A stretch of 64,000 nucleotides of DNA from an uncultured Actinomycetes bacterium (lineage in GTDB: Bacteria; Actinomycetota; Thermoleophilia; Gaiellales; Gaiellaceae): assembly GCA_963746435.1 (NCBI GenBank), contig CAVVAZ010000002.1, positions 143,222-207,221 of the forward strand, read 5' to 3'. The number at the start of each line of letters is the position of its first letter. The first letter of the stretch is position 1. Under the pieces are notes generated by a model. It searched no databases and was not told the DNA's origin. It saw nothing but the letters and a program-made list of their open reading frames with translations. A program made the translations under genes and the position numbers. Positions 32,094 to 41,711 of the stretch are shown one piece after another.

Positions 32094-33002
32094 ATGGGCT
32101 ACGTGATCTTGTGCGGGATCGTGCTGGTGATCGCGGCGATCACGCTCGGAGTCGCCCGCCAGATGCGCTCGAGCGAGGACCCGGAGGCCGTCCGCGCGGG
32201 GCAGATCGCCGTACTCGCGACCCTGGTCATCGCGCCGCTCTTCCTCGTCGTCTTCACCGTCGTCGAGTCGTTTCACAGCGTGCGGGCCGGCTATGTCGGC
32301 GTGATCTACCAGTTCGGGAACATCGTCGGCCAGACAGAGGCGGGCCTCGTCACGACGTGGCCGTGGCAGAACGTGCAGGAGGCCAACGTCCAGGTGCAGC
32401 GGGCGCAGTTCTCCGATCTCGACGCGTTCTCGGCCGAGACGCAGGACGTCTTCATCGTGACCACCATCAACTACCGCGTGGATCCGGTGGCGATCCAGGA
32501 CCTGTACCGAACCGTCGGCGCCAACTACTTCGAGAAGCTCGTGCCGACGCGGGTGAACCAGCTCTTCAAGGACGAGACGGTCAAGTACCGGACGGTCGAG
32601 ATTGCGCCGAACCGCGAGAAGATCCGCCGCGCCGTGCGCGTGAGTCTGTCGACCGAGCTCGCGCGGTACTCGATCGAGGTCGAGGACCTCCTGATCGACG
32701 ACATCAAGTTCTCGCCAGAGTTCACGAAAGCGATCGAGGACAAGCAGATCGCGACGCAGCAGGCCCAGGCCGCGCAGAACCGCGTACGGGAGGCGCGCTT
32801 CAAGGCGCAGCAGGTGATCGAGCAGGCTCAGGGCGAGGCGCGGGCCTACCGTGTCAAGAACCGAACGCTCACACCCCTCGTCGTGCAGCAGAATGCGATC
32901 GAGAAGCTGAATCCGAACGTGGAGGTGTTGATCCTGCCCAGCGGCTCGAACTTCCTGCTCCCCGCCGGGTTGCTCGCCGGAAGGAGCGGTGCCGGACCGT
33001 GA
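32094..33002 (+). CDS. SPFH/band-7 (prohibitin family) membrane protein
   Basis: An N-terminal TM is followed by GYVGVIYQFGNIVGQTEAGLVTTWPWQNV and a coiled-coil tail (ATQQAQAAQNRVREARFKAQQVIEQAQGEARAY). Confidence 0.8.
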   Translation: MGYVILCGIVLVIAAITLGVARQMRSSEDPEAVRAGQIAVLATLVIAPLFLVVFTVVESFHSVRAGYVGVIYQFGNIVGQTEAGLVTTWPWQNVQEANVQVQRAQFSDLDAFSAETQDVFIVTTINYRVDPVAIQDLYRTVGANYFEKLVPTRVNQLFKDETVKYRTVEIAPNREKIRRAVRVSLSTELARYSIEVEDLLIDDIKFSPEFTKAIEDKQIATQQAQAAQNRVREARFKAQQVIEQAQGEARAYRVKNRTLTPLVVQQNAIEKLNPNVEVLILPSGSNFLLPAGLLAGRSGAGP

Positions 33003-33004
33003 GG

Positions 33005-33136
33005 ATGATCGCCTGGGCGCTCGTTCTCGTCGTCGTGATCGTGGTCGCGTACTTCCTGATCCCGTGGGCGATCCTGCAGATGGGCCGCCTTCGCGATCCT
33101 CGGGACAAGGGCCCGTTCGACAGCGACGACAAGTAG
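33005..33136 (+). CDS. 43-aa single-TM peptide immediately downstream of the SPFH gene
   Basis: MIAWALVLVVVIVVAYFLIPWAILQMGRLRDPRDKGPFDSDDK. The ATG is 3 nt after the SPFH stop and is preceded by GTGAGG. The layout is hydrophobic core followed by a charged tail. Confidence 0.4.
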   Translation: MIAWALVLVVVIVVAYFLIPWAILQMGRLRDPRDKGPFDSDDK

Positions 33137-33150
33137 GTCGAGCGGCTAGC

Positions 33151-33525
33151 GTGCCGGGCGTGGACGGAGGACCGGCCGAGAAGGTCACGGGCATCGGAGG
33201 GGTCTTCTTCCGGGCGCGCGACCCGCAAGCGCTCGTCTCGTGGTACGCGGAGCACTTGGGCGTCCCCGTGAGCGAGGGCTACGCGATCTTTCCCGAGAGT
33301 CACAACACGGTCTGGTCGCCCTTTTCGGAGGACACCGACTACTGGCCGGCCGAGAAGCAGTCGATGGTCAATTTCACCGTCCGCGACCTCGACGCGATGC
33401 TTACGCAGCTCAGAGCGGCCGGAGTCGAGGTCGACGACCGGATCGAGGACGCCGAGTACGGCCGCTTCGGCTGGGCGGCCGATCCCGAGGGGAACCGGAT
33501 CGAGCTCTGGCAGCCGCTCGGCTGA
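33151..33525 (+). CDS. VOC-family (glyoxalase/bleomycin-resistance fold) protein
   Basis: VTGIGGVFFRARDPQALVSWYAEHLGV...GRFGWAADPEGNRIELWQP. The start is a GTG at 33151 or 33160. Confidence 0.7.
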   Translation: MPGVDGGPAEKVTGIGGVFFRARDPQALVSWYAEHLGVPVSEGYAIFPESHNTVWSPFSEDTDYWPAEKQSMVNFTVRDLDAMLTQLRAAGVEVDDRIEDAEYGRFGWAADPEGNRIELWQPLG

Positions 33526-33561
33526 ACCGGGTAGGAGAAGGTCCGGTCATACTTTTCGGCC

Positions 33562-33912
33562 ATGGCCTCCTACTCGGTGAACAGACGCGCCGTGACACGG
33601 GCGAGGCGGCTCATCGAAGCGCGGCAGTACGTTCTCGAGAGCGACTGGGGAGACGTCCAGCCGCGGGCCGACGACGAGAACAGCTTCCTGGCTTCACACT
33701 CGTGGGCCGAGTATGCGGAGTGGCATCTCGGTCTCACCGAGGGCGCCGAGGACGAGACCAAGGCCCGGTACGGGTTCGTCTACGGAGACTTCCGTCGCGT
33801 CCACCGGTCGGGCCTGATCGCGTGCGTGTATCGGGCTGCCGAGTGGCGCCACAAGAACGTCGAGCTCGCGGCTCACAGGCTCCTGCAGCTTCTCGACAAG
33901 ACGAGCGCCTGA
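33562..33912 (+). CDS. hypothetical protein (116 aa)
   Basis: A clean ORF with plausible composition. I recognise no family. Confidence 0.4.
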   Translation: MASYSVNRRAVTRARRLIEARQYVLESDWGDVQPRADDENSFLASHSWAEYAEWHLGLTEGAEDETKARYGFVYGDFRRVHRSGLIACVYRAAEWRHKNVELAAHRLLQLLDKTSA

Positions 33913-33917
33913 GCTCC

Positions 33918-34298
33918 TCAGGAGTCCGAGACCGTCGCGTGCCGGCGCACGATCTGCCAGCGCCCGTCGCGTCTGACCCAGACGTCGGTGATCCGCAGGG
34001 CGCCGCTCGCGTCCCGACCTTCGAGCCGAGCGGTCTGTCGGTAGCGGGAGACCACAACCGCCATGTTTCCGTAGATCTGGGTGTCGATCTCGTCGTACGA
34101 GAAATCGTCGACCTCGTACGCGCCCGCGGCGGCCTCGAGCAGCTCCTCGCGCGTGAGCGTTCCCGCTGCTCCGTCGAGGGTGAACTCCTCCGCCAGGAGC
34201 TTGTCCAGCCGCTTCGTGTCGTGCTCCTGGACCGCACGCACGAGCTCGTGCGAGAGTCCGCGAAGCTCACCGGCCACGAGCGCGGACGCGGCGGTCAC
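33918..34298 (-). CDS. NTF2-like / SnoaL-like (DUF4440-type) protein
   Basis: The size and the ...GNMAVVVSRYRQTARLEG...ITDVWVRRDGRWQIV pattern are typical of NTF2-fold proteins. Confidence 0.55.
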   Translation of the reverse strand: MTAASALVAGELRGLSHELVRAVQEHDTKRLDKLLAEEFTLDGAAGTLTREELLEAAAGAYEVDDFSYDEIDTQIYGNMAVVVSRYRQTARLEGRDASGALRITDVWVRRDGRWQIVRRHATVSDS

Positions 34299-35755
34299 TC
34301 GGCTTCCACGAGCGCTGGGTGCTCCTCGAACAGGTACCGGACGATGGGATGCTTGGCTGCCCGCACCTCGTCGAGCCTGCGCACCGGTCGGCTGTGAGGT
34401 GCTTGGCGCAGCAGCTCCGGCTCGGCGGCGGCTTCCACCACGATTTGACGCATCGCGTCGACGAAGCCGTCGAGCCGCTCCTTCGGCTCGGTCTCGGTCG
34501 GCTCGATCATCAGCGCCTCCGGGACGACGAGCGGAAAGTAGACCGTCGGCGGATGGATGCCGTAGTCCATCAGCCGCTTCGCCACGTCGAGCGCCGTCAC
34601 GCCGTGCTCCCGCTTGAGATTTCGAGCCGAGAGCACGAACTCGTGCATGCAGTGCCGATCGTACGGCAGCTCGTACACGTCGCGGAGCCGGGCGAGCAGG
34701 TAGTTCGCGTTCAGGACGGCGACCTCGGACATCTCCTTGAGGCCCGGCCCGTACGCGCGCATGAACGCATACGAGCGAACGAACACTCCGAACGGCCCGG
34801 CAAATCCCCGAACCCGCCCGATCGACTTCGGGTGGTCGTGATCGAGGCGGTACGCATCGCCGTCACGAACCACGCGGGGAACCGGGAGAAACGGCTCGAT
34901 CGTGTCTCGCACGGCCACCGGGCCGCCGCCGGGGCCGCCGCCGCCGTGCGGCTGCGAGAACGTCTTGTGCAGGTTGTAGTGGACGATGTCGAAGCCCATG
35001 TCCCCCGGGCGGGAGATCCCGACGACCGCGTTGAGGTTCGCGCCGTCGTAGTAGAGGAGAGCGCCGGCGTCGTGGAAGATCCGGGCGACCTCCTCGATGC
35101 CCTCGTCGAACAGGCCGAGCGTCGAAGGGTTCGTGAGCATGAGTCCCGCGGTGCGCTCGTCGACCTTCGCGCGCAAGTCGTCGAGGTCGAGATTGCCGCG
35201 CGCGTCCGTCTCGACCTTCGCGAGCTTGTAGCCCGCCATCGTCACGCTCGCGGGGTTCGTCCCGTGCGCCGTGTCGGCCGTGATGATCGTGTCGCGGTCC
35301 TCGCCGCGGTCGGCAAAGTACGCGCGCATGAGCATCAGCCCGGTCAGCTCGCCCTGCGATCCTGCGGCAGGCTGGAGGGTGACGGCGGGCAGGCCGGCGA
35401 TCTCGGCGAGCATCTCCTGCAGCCGCCACATGAGCTCGAGCGCGCCCTGCGCGGCCTCGTCTTCCTGATACGGGTGCAGGTCGCGGAATCCGGGAAGCCC
35501 GGCGAGCCGCTCGTGCACACGAGGGTTGTGCTTCATCGTGCAGGACCCGAGCGGGTAGAAGCCGGTGTCGACGCCGAACGTGCGGTCGGCGAGCGTCGTG
35601 AAATGGCGTACGAGCTCCGGCTCCGAGAGCTCGGGGAGCCGCGGCGGGCGGGATCGGCGAAGCGCTTCGGGCACCTCCGGCACCGGGAGATCGGGGCGCG
35701 GCGGCCGTCCGGCGCGTCGTCCCGGCGCGGGACCGCTCGAAGACGAGCGGCGCAT
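34295..35755 (-). CDS. gcvPB: glycine dehydrogenase (decarboxylating) subunit 2
   Basis: GLPGFRDLHPYQ...GSCTMKHNP...DIVHYNLHKTFSQPHGGGGPG (PLP-lysine region). The ORF is intact. Confidence 0.9.
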   Translation of the reverse strand: MRRSSSSGPAPGRRAGRPPRPDLPVPEVPEALRRSRPPRLPELSEPELVRHFTTLADRTFGVDTGFYPLGSCTMKHNPRVHERLAGLPGFRDLHPYQEDEAAQGALELMWRLQEMLAEIAGLPAVTLQPAAGSQGELTGLMLMRAYFADRGEDRDTIITADTAHGTNPASVTMAGYKLAKVETDARGNLDLDDLRAKVDERTAGLMLTNPSTLGLFDEGIEEVARIFHDAGALLYYDGANLNAVVGISRPGDMGFDIVHYNLHKTFSQPHGGGGPGGGPVAVRDTIEPFLPVPRVVRDGDAYRLDHDHPKSIGRVRGFAGPFGVFVRSYAFMRAYGPGLKEMSEVAVLNANYLLARLRDVYELPYDRHCMHEFVLSARNLKREHGVTALDVAKRLMDYGIHPPTVYFPLVVPEALMIEPTETEPKERLDGFVDAMRQIVVEAAAEPELLRQAPHSRPVRRLDEVRAAKHPIVRYLFEEHPALVEAE

Positions 35756-35782
35756 CGGCCCAAGCGCGGCCGGGCTCGCTGG

Positions 35783-37160
35783 TCACTTGCACACCTCGGC
35801 GAGCACGTCGGCGAGCCGGTCGATGTCCTCGGTCGTCCTCTTCTCTGTGAGCGCCACGAGCAGGACGTCGTCGAGCCCCTCGTAGTCCCGCCCGAGCGCG
35901 TACCCCGGGGTGCACGCCGTGCTGTCGAGCGCGCCTGATCGTCTCGACGGCGGGAATCGGCGTTCGGAACGCAACCTCCTTGAACGACGGAGCGTCGAAC
36001 GCCGGCTCGAGTGGGACGCGCTCGCGGGCGTACTGCGCGAGGGCCATGCACGTCTCCCCCACCTCGCGCAAGCCCTCCGGCCCGAGCCACGAGAGCGTTG
36101 CGAGCCCGGCAAGCGCGAGCAGGGTCTGGTTGGTGGTGATGTTCGACGTCGCCTTCTCGCGACGGATGTGCTGCTCGCGAGTCTGCAGGGTGAGGACGAA
36201 GGCGCGCCGGCCGTCCGCGTCCACCGTCTCCCCGACGATGCGCCCCGGCATGCGGCGGATGAACTCGCCTCGGGCGGCAAGGAACCCGTAGTGCGGGCCG
36301 CCGTAGGAGGGCCAGTTGCCGGCCGATTGTCCCTCGCCGAGTGCGATGTCGCAGCCGTACGCGCCCGGAGCTTCCAGCACCCCGAGCGACATCAGATCGA
36401 CGTGCGCGACGGCGAGCGCCCCGGCCTCCCGGGCCGCCTCCGCCAGATCGGGAGCCGGTTCGAGGTTGCCGAGGAAGTTCGGTTGCTGGAAGAAGACGGC
36501 GGCGGCATCCGCCGCTGCGGCACCTACCTCGTCGGCGTCGGTCACGCCGTCCCTGTGCGGAACCTCGACCACCTCGAGGCCGAAGCCCGGCGCATAGGTC
36601 TTCACGACCTGGCGGACCTGGGGGTTCAGCGCCTCGGCGAGCACGATCTTCCGCCGCTCGGAGACGTGCCGCGCGACGAAGCAGGCGTCGGCCGCCACGG
36701 TCGAGCCGTCGTATCCGGACGCGTTCGAGACGTCCATTCCCGTCAGCTCGCAGATGACCGTCTGGTACTCGAACACCGCCTGCAGCACCCCTTGGCTCAT
36801 CTCCGGCTGGTACGGCGTGTACGCCGTGAGGAACTCGCCGCGCGAGAGCACGACGTCGGTGACCGACGGCACGTAGTGGTCGTAGATGCCAGCGCCGAGG
36901 AACGAGAGCTCGGCGCCCGTGTGGACGTTTCGCGCCGCGAGCTCCTCGATGTGACGGGCGAGCTCAGGCTCACCCAGCGCGGGCGGCAGATCGAGCTCGC
37001 GCCCGAGCCGAACGCCGGGCGGGATCTGCTCGAAGAGCTCCTCGACGGACGAGACCCCGATCGCCGCGAGCATCTCCTCGCGATCCGCGTCGGTGACGGA
37101 GAGGTAGCTCACGGACGCCGCCCCACGCGGGCGAACGGAGGGAAAGCCGAAGGCGATCAC
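35783..37160 (-). CDS. gcvPA: glycine dehydrogenase (decarboxylating) subunit 1, with an apparent frameshift near 35930
   Basis: SFLGAGIYDHYVPSVTD...EFLTAYTPYQPEMSQG...MSLGV in ORF 34863..37160. The C-terminus ...PGYALGRDYEGLDDVLLVALTEKRTTEDIDRLADVLAEVCK is in ORF 35783..36280. The GTG start overlaps the gcvH stop (GTGA). Confidence 0.85.
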
Positions 37161-37552
37161 TGCTCGGCGACGTGTGCGCGATACGCGGTGGCGTCCATCA
37201 ATGCGTCGACCTCGGCCGGATCGGACATGCGGATCCGAAGGAGCCAGCCCTCGCCGTAGGGATCTTCGTTCACGGTCTCCGGCTCTTCTGCCGCCTTCTG
37301 ATTCACCTCGAGCACCTCGCCCGAGAGCGGCGACACGACGTCCGACACGGCCTTGACGGACTCGACCTCGCCGTAAGCCTCGTCCTTCGACACGGTTGCC
37401 CCCGCCTGGGGCGCCTCGAAGTGCACGAGCTCGCCGAGCGCGTCCTGCGCGAACCAGGTGATCCCGAGGACGGCTTCCTCGCCTTCGATCCGCGCCCAGT
37501 CGTGCTCGGGGTGGTACTTCAGATCGTCCGGGTAGCTCTCCGCTGCCGGCAA
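37157..37552 (-). CDS. gcvH: glycine cleavage system H protein
   Basis: KYHPEHDWARIEG...the lipoyl-lysine motif GEVESVKAVSDVVSPLSGEV. Confidence 0.9.
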   Translation of the reverse strand: MPAAESYPDDLKYHPEHDWARIEGEEAVLGITWFAQDALGELVHFEAPQAGATVSKDEAYGEVESVKAVSDVVSPLSGEVLEVNQKAAEEPETVNEDPYGEGWLLRIRMSDPAEVDALMDATAYRAHVAEQ

Positions 37553-37553
37553 C

Positions 37554-38606
37554 TCAGATCTCCTTCCGGTAGATCGGCTTCTTCACGATGCGCGCCCGCC
37601 GCGGCTTGCCGCGGACGTCGACGACGAGCTCGGAGTCTGGCGCGGCGCTCTCGGCCGGGACGTAGCCCATGCCGATCCCACGGTCGAGCATCGGGGAATG
37701 CGTGCCCGAAGTCACCTCGCCGCCTCCTTCGATCGGCATACCCTGCCTCGGCACCGCCTTCTCCTCCATCACGAACGGGACGAGCTTGCGGCTGGGGCCG
37801 TCCTCCTTGATCGCCCGCAGCAGCTCGACTCCGGTGAAGTCCTTCGCGAGGTCGCAGGCCCAGCCGAGCCCTGCCGAGATCGGGTCGGTCTCGGGCGTGA
37901 TGTCGTTCCCGTGCAGGGGGTAGCAGACCTCGAGCCTGAGCGTGTCGCGCGCGCCGAGGCCGCACGGGACGGCTCCGCGCGCGAGCACGGCGTCCCAGAG
38001 GGCAGCGGCTTCCTCCGCCGCACAGCAGAGCTCCACGCCGGTCTCGCCCGTGTACCCCGTGCGGCAGACCATCACCTCGATCCCGTCGAGCTCGCCCATC
38101 GCGTGCGTGAACGCCGGCGCCTCGGGAAGCTCGAGTCGCTCGAGCGACCGGGGGCCTTGGACGGCGATCAGCCCGTACTCGTCGGAGGCGTCGCGCACCT
38201 CGCTGCCACGCGCCTCGCGCTCCTTCAGCCAGTCGTACACGGGCTCCCGGTTCGAAGCGTTGACGACGAGGAGGTACTGGCCGTGCGCGAGGCGGTAGGC
38301 GATGAGGTCGTCGAGGATCCCGCCCTGCTCGTTCGTGAGCAGCGTGTACTGAGCCTCGCCGTCGTCCGCTTTCGCGAGGTCGTTCGAGAGCATCTCCTGA
38401 AGGAACGTGAGTGCCGTCGGCCCGTCCACGTGAAGCTGGCCCATGTGCGACACGTCGAACGCTCCGCAGTCCGAGCGGACGGCGCGGTGCTCCGGGATGA
38501 CCCCCTCGTACTGCACGGGCATCTCCCAGCCTGCGAAGGGGACCATCCGCGCGCCGAGCGAGACGTGGCGCGCGTAGAGAGGCGTGCGCTTGAGCGTGGC
38601 CTCCAC
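37554..38606 (-). CDS. gcvT: aminomethyltransferase (glycine cleavage T protein)
   Basis: [53 protein letters not shown] placed the start at the GTG at 38606, because the 5' ORF extension to 38744 probably covers the leader RNA. Confidence 0.85.
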   Translation of the reverse strand: MEATLKRTPLYARHVSLGARMVPFAGWEMPVQYEGVIPEHRAVRSDCGAFDVSHMGQLHVDGPTALTFLQEMLSNDLAKADDGEAQYTLLTNEQGGILDDLIAYRLAHGQYLLVVNASNREPVYDWLKEREARGSEVRDASDEYGLIAVQGPRSLERLELPEAPAFTHAMGELDGIEVMVCRTGYTGETGVELCCAAEEAAALWDAVLARGAVPCGLGARDTLRLEVCYPLHGNDITPETDPISAGLGWACDLAKDFTGVELLRAIKEDGPSRKLVPFVMEEKAVPRQGMPIEGGGEVTSGTHSPMLDRGIGMGYVPAESAAPDSELVVDVRGKPRRARIVKKPIYRKEI

Positions 38607-38777
38607 GACCGCGACTCTAACGACTGACGACGCGTTCTCCCGCGCCGAGGCGTCTCGCGGCGACAGCCGAGCGTCTCCGCCGAGTCGCCCACAGACCCAG
38701 AGCGCGTCGCTGTCCACCGAGGCGGAGAGCGACGACGAGACCATGCGGCTCGGAGCCGCAAGGATCGTGCTCTGCGG
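38607..38777 (-). ncRNA. candidate glycine riboswitch leader upstream of gcvT. This is low confidence.
   Basis: A 170-nt leader lies between the ftsZ stop and the gcvT start. The minus-strand sequence contains ...CTCTCCGCCtcggtGGACAG... and GCAGAG / GGAGAc elements that partly resemble the glycine-aptamer CUCUCAGGCaaaaGGACAG and GGAGAG boxes. The GCCGAAGG(G/A)GCAA core is not clearly present. Confidence 0.25.
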
Positions 38778-39842
38778 CTAGTTGTCCTTGAGGAAGCTCG
38801 GGATGTCGATCTCGACGTCGGTGACGCTCGGGGCCTGGAACGCCGGCCTCGGAGCTGTCTCCCCCGCGGTCGACTCGACGCGCCGCCGCCGCGGCCGGCC
38901 GCCGAACCCCGTGGCGATCGCCGTGACGCGCACGTCGTCGCCCATGCTCTCGTCGATCACGGCGCCGAAGATGACGTTCGCATTCGAGTCGGCGGCGCTC
39001 GTCACGACCTCGGCGGCCTCGTTGACCTCGAACAGGCCGAGATCGGGGCCGCCCGTGATGTTGAGGAGAACGCCCGTCGCCCCGTCGAGCGAGGTCTCGA
39101 GCAGCGGGGACGAGATGGCAGCGCGCGCCGCTTCGACCGCGCGATTCTCGCCTCGCGCGACGCCGATTCCCATCAGCGCCGAGCCCGCCTCGCGCATGAT
39201 CGTGCGCACGTCTGCGAAGTCCAGGTTGACCAGTCCGGGAACGGTGATCAGGTCGGTGATCCCCTGCACACCTTGGCGCAGGATGTCGTCGACCATGCGA
39301 AACGCGTCGGTCACGGGCGTCGACTTCTCCACGACCTGTAGCAGCCGATCGTTCTCGATCACGATCAGGGTGTCCACGTTCTCGCGGAGAGTCTGGATGC
39401 CAACCTCGGCCTGCTCGGCACGGCGCCGGCCCTCGAAGACGAACGGCCGCGTGACGACGCCGACGGTCAGCGCGCTGAGCTCGCGTCCGATCTCCGCGAC
39501 CACAGGAGCGCCGCCGGTTCCGGTTCCGCCTCCCTCGCCCGCCGTGACGAAGATCATGTCCGCGCCCTTGAGCGCCTCCTTCAGCTCGTCGCGGCTCTCG
39601 TGGGCGGCTTCGAAGCCGACGCTCGGATCGGCTCCGGCGCCGAGCCCTCGAGTCGCCTTCGCGCCGATGTGGATCTTCACGTCCGCGTCCGTCATCAGGA
39701 GCGCCTGCGCGTCGGTGTTGACCGCGACGAACTCGACGCCCGACATGCCGGCCTCCACCATGCGACTGACGGCGTTCGTGCCGCCGCCGCCGATGCCGAC
39801 GACCTTGATGACTGCGAGGTAGCTACCGAGTTGATTACTCAT
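38778..39842 (-). CDS. ftsZ: cell division GTPase FtsZ
   Basis: The GGGTGTG tubulin signature and NTDAQAL are present. The ORF is intact at 354 aa. Confidence 0.95.
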   Translation of the reverse strand: MSNQLGSYLAVIKVVGIGGGGTNAVSRMVEAGMSGVEFVAVNTDAQALLMTDADVKIHIGAKATRGLGAGADPSVGFEAAHESRDELKEALKGADMIFVTAGEGGGTGTGGAPVVAEIGRELSALTVGVVTRPFVFEGRRRAEQAEVGIQTLRENVDTLIVIENDRLLQVVEKSTPVTDAFRMVDDILRQGVQGITDLITVPGLVNLDFADVRTIMREAGSALMGIGVARGENRAVEAARAAISSPLLETSLDGATGVLLNITGGPDLGLFEVNEAAEVVTSAADSNANVIFGAVIDESMGDDVRVTAIATGFGGRPRRRRVESTAGETAPRPAFQAPSVTDVEIDIPSFLKDN

Positions 39843-39964
39843 GTCTCAACCTGTCTGAAGGTGAAGCTCGCCTTGAACGTGCGACGTTGCGATGGACATT
39901 CGCGCCCGAGGGTACGGCTCCTTCCTCCTCGTGTCAATGGAGTTCTCACCCGGCACGTTCAAGC

Positions 39965-40795
39965 TCAACCTGAGAGTTGAGATACGTACCCGCGACCGGT
40001 CGCTCGGGAACGCTCACGTCGAGGTAGACCATCCGGTCGTCGAGAACTCGCAGGACACGGCCCGCCGACCGCGAGCTTGGCAAGCACGTCGGTCGGCTGC
40101 CCGAGCAGGATCTCGAACCCCGAGTGCAGCACGACCGTGAGCTCGCCGCCGGTCACGCGGATCGACTTGACGCGCCCGGGCAGACGTACGTCGCGTAAGC
40201 CCGCCAGCGCGCGGGTCGCGGGCTCGTAGACCGCCGGCAACGTCTCCCCAATGGCGATCGTCACCTTTCTCGGAAGCCAGAGTCGCGCCAGGGCGGGCTC
40301 TGCGCGAGGATCGACTTCACGGATGACGCGGTTCAAGCCCGTCACGAGCCAGGCGCGTTCGCCTCTGCGCGCGACGGCGACCGTGCGCACCGGTGCGACT
40401 TTGATCACCAGGGTGTGGGGAAAGGCGCGATCGACGGACGCTGCCGCGACCGAGGGAAGGTTCCGTACCGTGCCCGCGACCGCCGAGCCGTCGATCTCGA
40501 GCAGGCTCGTGCCGATGACGCCACGTGCGGTGCGTTGGACTTCGCGAGCGACCTGGGGGGGCGCTCCCCGCACCTCGATCCGTTCGACGGCGAACACGGA
40601 CGATTCGCGTGCACCCCAGTACGCGGCGAAGGCGGCCACGAGGAGGCCGAAGGCGATGGCGAGAGAGCGGCCGGAGGGGACGAGCCGAACAAGGTCGAGG
40701 CGGTCGTCGGCTGGCGCTCGCGGAAGCGGGACGACGGCGCTTGCCGCGTGTGCGCGCCGGCGCGATCCCGGCCCGGTTCGTCCCCCACCGGCCAT
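39965..40795 (-). CDS. ftsQ: cell division protein FtsQ/DivIB (POTRA domain)
   Basis: One TM segment (IAFGLLVAAFAAYW) is followed by POTRA-like VERIEVRGAPPQVAREV. The position between murB and ftsZ supports the call. Confidence 0.6.
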   Translation of the reverse strand: MAGGGRTGPGSRRRAHAASAVVPLPRAPADDRLDLVRLVPSGRSLAIAFGLLVAAFAAYWGARESSVFAVERIEVRGAPPQVAREVQRTARGVIGTSLLEIDGSAVAGTVRNLPSVAAASVDRAFPHTLVIKVAPVRTVAVARRGERAWLVTGLNRVIREVDPRAEPALARLWLPRKVTIAIGETLPAVYEPATRALAGLRDVRLPGRVKSIRVTGGELTVVLHSGFEILLGQPTDVLAKLAVGGPCPASSRRPDGLPRRERSRATGRGYVSQLSG

Positions 40796-40826
40796 GAGGC
40801 ACGATTCGCCGCCCCGGGCGATGCTC

Positions 40827-41711
40827 CTACGTGGACAGCTCCGCGAGCTCCAGCGGGCCGAGGAGCGCTACCTCGTGCTCGAGCGCGACTCCGTACTGCT
40901 CCCGAGCGCGGTGCCGAGCCTCGTTCATCAAAGCGACGCAGTCGGCACTCGTGGCGCCCCCTTCGTTCTCGATGAAATTCGCGTGCTTCGGCGAGATCAT
41001 CGCGCCGCCGATCCGGTGGCCCTTGAGCCCGCAGAGCTCCAACATGCGCCCCGCGCCGAGTTCCCCCGCCGGATTCTTGAAGACGCTCCCGAACGTGCGC
41101 TTGTTCGTCGGCTGAGTCGCCTTGCGCTGAGCCACGAGACTGGCGACCGTCGCCTTGATCTCGTCGATCGGTCGACGCTCGAGCCGATACTCGACGCCTG
41201 CGACGACGCTGCCCGGAGGAAGCTCCGAGTGCCGGTACGAGAGCGAAAGCTCGGACGGGGCGAGCCAGGCCGTTCCCTCGGCCGTGGCCACGAGCACGCG
41301 GGTGAGGACATCCGCCCACTCGCGTCCGTACGCCCCGGCGTTCATACGGACACCACCACCGGCGGTTCCGGGAATCGCGCACGCGAACTCGAAGCCTCCA
41401 AGTCCTGCTGCGCGGGCCCGGTGGAGGCAGACGGCGTTCGTCGCGCCACCCCCGGCCGCGAGAACCTCACCCCGCGTCGTCGCCTCGGCCAGCTCGCCCT
41501 CGAGCCGCAACACGAGCGCGTGGACCCCCGCGTCCGCGGCGAGAACGTTCGAGCCGAGCCCGACGACGGCGACCTCGAGACCCTCCGCGCTGGCATGGCG
41601 CAACGCGTCCTCCAATTCGGTGAGCGAGTGCGCGCGCACAAAGGCTCGAGCCGGACCTCCCGTGCCGATCGTCGTCAGGCGCGCGAGGGGTACCTTGCGC
41701 TCGGGTCTCAC
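40827..41711 (-). CDS. murB: UDP-N-acetylenolpyruvoylglucosamine reductase
   Basis: The FAD-binding motif TTIGTGGPARAF...VGLGSNVL and the C-terminal FKNPAG...GGAMISPKHANFI are present. Confidence 0.85.
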   Translation of the reverse strand: MRPERKVPLARLTTIGTGGPARAFVRAHSLTELEDALRHASAEGLEVAVVGLGSNVLAADAGVHALVLRLEGELAEATTRGEVLAAGGGATNAVCLHRARAAGLGGFEFACAIPGTAGGGVRMNAGAYGREWADVLTRVLVATAEGTAWLAPSELSLSYRHSELPPGSVVAGVEYRLERRPIDEIKATVASLVAQRKATQPTNKRTFGSVFKNPAGELGAGRMLELCGLKGHRIGGAMISPKHANFIENEGGATSADCVALMNEARHRAREQYGVALEHEVALLGPLELAELST

